From: Opitutales bacterium
GTDB lineage: Bacteria; Verrucomicrobiota; Verrucomicrobiia; Opitutales; Coraliomargaritaceae
Direction of reading: 5' to 3'
NCBI GenBank assembly: GCA_049606355.1
Contig: JBMYVL010000010.1
Coordinates: 1-32,000, forward strand
Length of the DNA: 32,000 nucleotides
A program made the translations under genes and the position numbers. The notes below the pieces were generated by a model. It had not been told where the DNA came from. It saw only the letters and a program-made list of their open reading frames with translations, and searched no databases. This document shows positions 29,600 through 32,000 of the stretch, one piece after another. The first letter of the stretch is position 1; every line of letters starts with the position of its first letter.

Positions 29600-29628
29600 G
29601 GCAACTCTCAGTTGCCTCTTTGGGTTTT
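29600..29628 (+). terminator. Second hairpin with a T-rich tail, a possible back-up terminator
   Basis: GGCAACT-ctc-AGTTGCC is followed by TCTTTGGGTTTT. On the minus strand, downstream of the DUF2288 gene, no U-tract follows it. Confidence 0.3.
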
Positions 29629-29667
29629 CCTCTAGGCTGATGGGCGCCTTGCTTGTCGATCCAACCT

Positions 29668-30009
29668 TTACTGTGGGTGAGTCGATGGCGAATCGATGGG
29701 TTGCGCCAGGATAAACGGCCGCACGATGGTTGCGCAAAAGCGGGTTTGCGTGCTTTTCCAGTGGTCGACATGTAAATCACAGGGTTCGACCAAGTCACCT
29801 GATTTCAGCCAAGCCGTTACTTGCGAAGTGTTATCCTCCGCGAAAGCCAAGCCTGCCGTTTTGAGATCGATGTTGGGGTCTACGTAGAGGAGTGTGCCAG
29901 CTTTGTAGTGTGGTTCTAGATAAGACCAGTCGATCTCGCCGGAATATTTCTCAAGTTTTTCGGCGGCACTTGAACGATCTTCTGCGGGTGCAAACTCATT
30001 CCAATCCAT
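29668..30009 (-). CDS. DUF2288 family protein
   Basis: The C-terminal block LKTAGLAFAEDNTSQVTAWLKSGDLVEPCDLHVDHWKSTQTRFCATIVRPFILAQP resembles the DUF2288 pattern as recalled. The ORF is open to a GTG at 30090. The ATG at 30009 (MDWNEF) gives the family-typical ~113 aa, but the start remains uncertain. Confidence 0.6.
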   Translation of the reverse strand: MDWNEFAPAEDRSSAAEKLEKYSGEIDWSYLEPHYKAGTLLYVDPNIDLKTAGLAFAEDNTSQVTAWLKSGDLVEPCDLHVDHWKSTQTRFCATIVRPFILAQPIDSPSTHPQ

Positions 30010-30280
30010 AGTCCCAGAGTGTGTGGCAGGGGCTGCGAGATAAAGAATAAAGTCGTGTGGGTCGCGTAGCCCATACGGCATGCCATTCACCGTACGCAGG
30101 GTAAATTTGTATTCGTTGAGTCGTTGAATCTGTCGGCAGGATTTAAAGCTTGCAGGTCAAGAAGTTGCACTCACTATGCCGCATTCGCTTTGGGCACTTG
30201 GTAGTGCTCAACGGGCATTGCCCACATCAATCGTAACATCAACCCAATCTGTGGCCGCGGTCACAGTGCATGCAAATAAA

Positions 30281-31939
30281 ATGAGTCATCTCATGGAAGA
30301 GCTGCTACAGAGCAGCAATGTCGAGAACCTTAATGAAGGTTCAATTATTAAAGGAACCATCATCGAGATCCGCCCAACTGAGGTGGTCGTGGATATCGGT
30401 GGTAAATCCGAAGGTATTATTCATGCCAACGAATTTGTTGACATCAGTGAGCTTCAGGTCGGTTCCGAAATAGAAGTTTTTCTCGAGAAGCTTGAAGACC
30501 GAGAAGGCAACCCAGTGGTTTCCTTCGACAAGGCCGAGCAGAAGAAGAATTGGGAGAAGATTGTCGAAAACTGTGAAGAAGGTTCGATCATCCCAGGACG
30601 CGTCCGCTCCAAGGTGAAGGGCGGACTCATTGTCAGTATCGGTGTGGATTCCTTCCTGCCGGCTTCTCAGATCGATGTTCAACCTCCCAAGAATCTCGAT
30701 CAGTATGTCGGACAGACCTATGACTTTAAGGTCGTTAAGATTAACCTCGATCGTAAGAATATTGTCGTTTCTCGCCGTGAACTCATTGAGGAACAGCGTA
30801 TGGAGAAGCGTCGCTCGCTGCTTGAACAGGTCAAACCTGGTGATAAGCGTCGCGGGCAGGTCAAGAACATCACCGACTACGGTGCCTTCGTGGATCTGGA
30901 TGGTCTCGACGGCCTGCTGCACATTACCGACATGTCGTGGGGTCGCATTCAGCACCCAAGTGAAATGGTCAAGCAAGGTGAGGAGATTGAGGTCGTCATC
31001 ATTGAGATCGACCGTGAACGCGAGCGTGTATCTCTGGGCCTCAAGCAACTAGCGGACAACCCGTGGGAGAAAATTGAGGAGAAATATCCAATCGGCTCAA
31101 CTGTTGCCGGTAAGGTGGTTAACCTCGTTCCTTACGGTGCCTTCATTGAAATTGAAGAGGGAGTCGAAGGTCTGGTCCACGTGACTGAACTTTCATGGAC
31201 AAAGCGTATCACGAAGCCGGGTGAAGTACTTCGTATCGGCGAGGAGATCCAAGCAGTGGTTCTCGGTATCCAGAAGGAAGAGCAGAAGATTTCGCTCGGT
31301 ACACGCCAATTGGATGCGAATCCTTGGGATATGGCTCGCCACAACTACCCAGTGGGTGCGCGCGTACGTGGCCAAGTTCGTAACCTCACGACCTACGGTG
31401 CCTTCGTTGAGCTTGAAGAAGGGATCGATGGTATGGTGCACGTATCGGACATGTCTTGGACGCGCAAGGTGAACCACCCTTCAGAAGTTGTTAAGAAGGG
31501 TGATGAAGTGGATGCCATCGTTCTGGATGTCGATGCCGACAGTCAGCGCATCTCGCTTGGAATGAAGCAACTCTCAACAGATCCATGGGACGAGATTGAA
31601 ACGCATTACAAGATCGGTGATGTAGTGAAGGGTACGGTCTCCAAGATCACTAGCTATGGTGCCTTCATCGAGTTGGATAATGACATCGATGGCTTGGTAC
31701 ACATATCGCAAATCAGCGAGGAACGTATTGAAACGATTAAAGACGTTCTCGACGAGGGCGCTGAAGTTGAAGCACGTGTGATCAAAATCGACAAGGATGA
31801 GCGTCGTATCGGCCTCTCCGTGAAAGCGGCAAACTACAGCGACGAAGATCTCGCTAAGGAACGCCAAGCTTTCGACAATGTCACTGCGACGGAAGACCTC
31901 ACAAATCTTGGAGATCTTCTGGACGAGGCGACGAAGTAA
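30281..31939 (+). CDS. rpsA: 30S ribosomal protein S1
   Basis: Six tandem S1 (OB-fold) repeats carry the recurring G.V..it.YGAFv.l..g.dGLvHiS pattern. The ATG at 30281 (MSHLMEELL) is preferred because the 35 upstream codons are not S1-like. Confidence 0.95.
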   Translation: MSHLMEELLQSSNVENLNEGSIIKGTIIEIRPTEVVVDIGGKSEGIIHANEFVDISELQVGSEIEVFLEKLEDREGNPVVSFDKAEQKKNWEKIVENCEEGSIIPGRVRSKVKGGLIVSIGVDSFLPASQIDVQPPKNLDQYVGQTYDFKVVKINLDRKNIVVSRRELIEEQRMEKRRSLLEQVKPGDKRRGQVKNITDYGAFVDLDGLDGLLHITDMSWGRIQHPSEMVKQGEEIEVVIIEIDRERERVSLGLKQLADNPWEKIEEKYPIGSTVAGKVVNLVPYGAFIEIEEGVEGLVHVTELSWTKRITKPGEVLRIGEEIQAVVLGIQKEEQKISLGTRQLDANPWDMARHNYPVGARVRGQVRNLTTYGAFVELEEGIDGMVHVSDMSWTRKVNHPSEVVKKGDEVDAIVLDVDADSQRISLGMKQLSTDPWDEIETHYKIGDVVKGTVSKITSYGAFIELDNDIDGLVHISQISEERIETIKDVLDEGAEVEARVIKIDKDERRIGLSVKAANYSDEDLAKERQAFDNVTATEDLTNLGDLLDEATK

Positions 31940-31966
31940 GTCGATCGGTCCAGAAGTAACTTTCAA

Positions 31967-31992
31967 AGCCCCCGCACGTCGGGGGCTTTTTT
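31967..31992 (+). terminator. Rho-independent terminator after rpsA
   Basis: AGCCCCCG-cacgt-CGGGGGCT forms an 8-bp GC stem that runs into a T6 tract. Confidence 0.85.
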
Positions 31993-32000
31993 ATTGTTTA

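Noticed and set aside
30341-31048. Long antisense ORFs inside well-supported genes: this 235-aa one in rpsA, plus 3696-4319 in ahcY, 6031-6564, 11002-11601 in aroC, 21665-22204 and 2001-2471 in metK
   Set aside because: Each lies entirely opposite a strongly conserved gene and has low-complexity or Arg/Ser-rich composition with no recognisable motifs. These are typical shadow ORFs.

Overview
This is a chromosomal, mostly housekeeping window with about 29 protein genes, tightly packed. The source organism cannot be determined without a database search. Bacteroidota/PVC-style ParC and ParE signatures, a GTP-type PEPCK, a DciA-like gene and mostly Shine-Dalgarno-free start sites suggest a non-proteobacterial Gram-negative, but that is a guess. 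Left to right the window holds: tRNA-Leu(CAA) with a nearby duplicate of its 3' end plus terminator; a lone CheY-like receiver; an HTH-MBL hydrolase fusion; metK-ahcY; and an M42 peptidase. A long minus-strand array follows: parC, aroC, a degenerate G3E/CobW-like protein, an alpha/beta hydrolase, a DJ-1/PfpI protein, an O-antigen-ligase-like protein and a flavoprotein disulfide reductase. Then come convergent pckG and ppc, parE, and a tight four-gene minus-strand cluster (SPFH protein, outer-membrane beta-barrel, secreted small protein, hybrid histidine kinase). The window ends with queG, a DUF805 protein, thyA-folA, a DUF721/DciA-like gene, a DUF2288 gene and rpsA. No CRISPR array, transposase, integrase or recognisable defence genes were seen. 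The most interesting signal is non-coding. The largest intergenic gap (29121-29667) holds two tandem homologous structured-RNA modules with compensatory stem changes around a conserved G-rich loop. They have a plus-strand intrinsic terminator and a near-consensus sigma-54 -24/-12 element with an upstream palindrome. Secondary leads are the SPFH/barrel/secreted-protein/hybrid-kinase cluster, the att-like tRNA scar, a P-loop-less G3E-like protein, and antagonistic pckG and ppc converging with a 23-nt spacer and no terminator.
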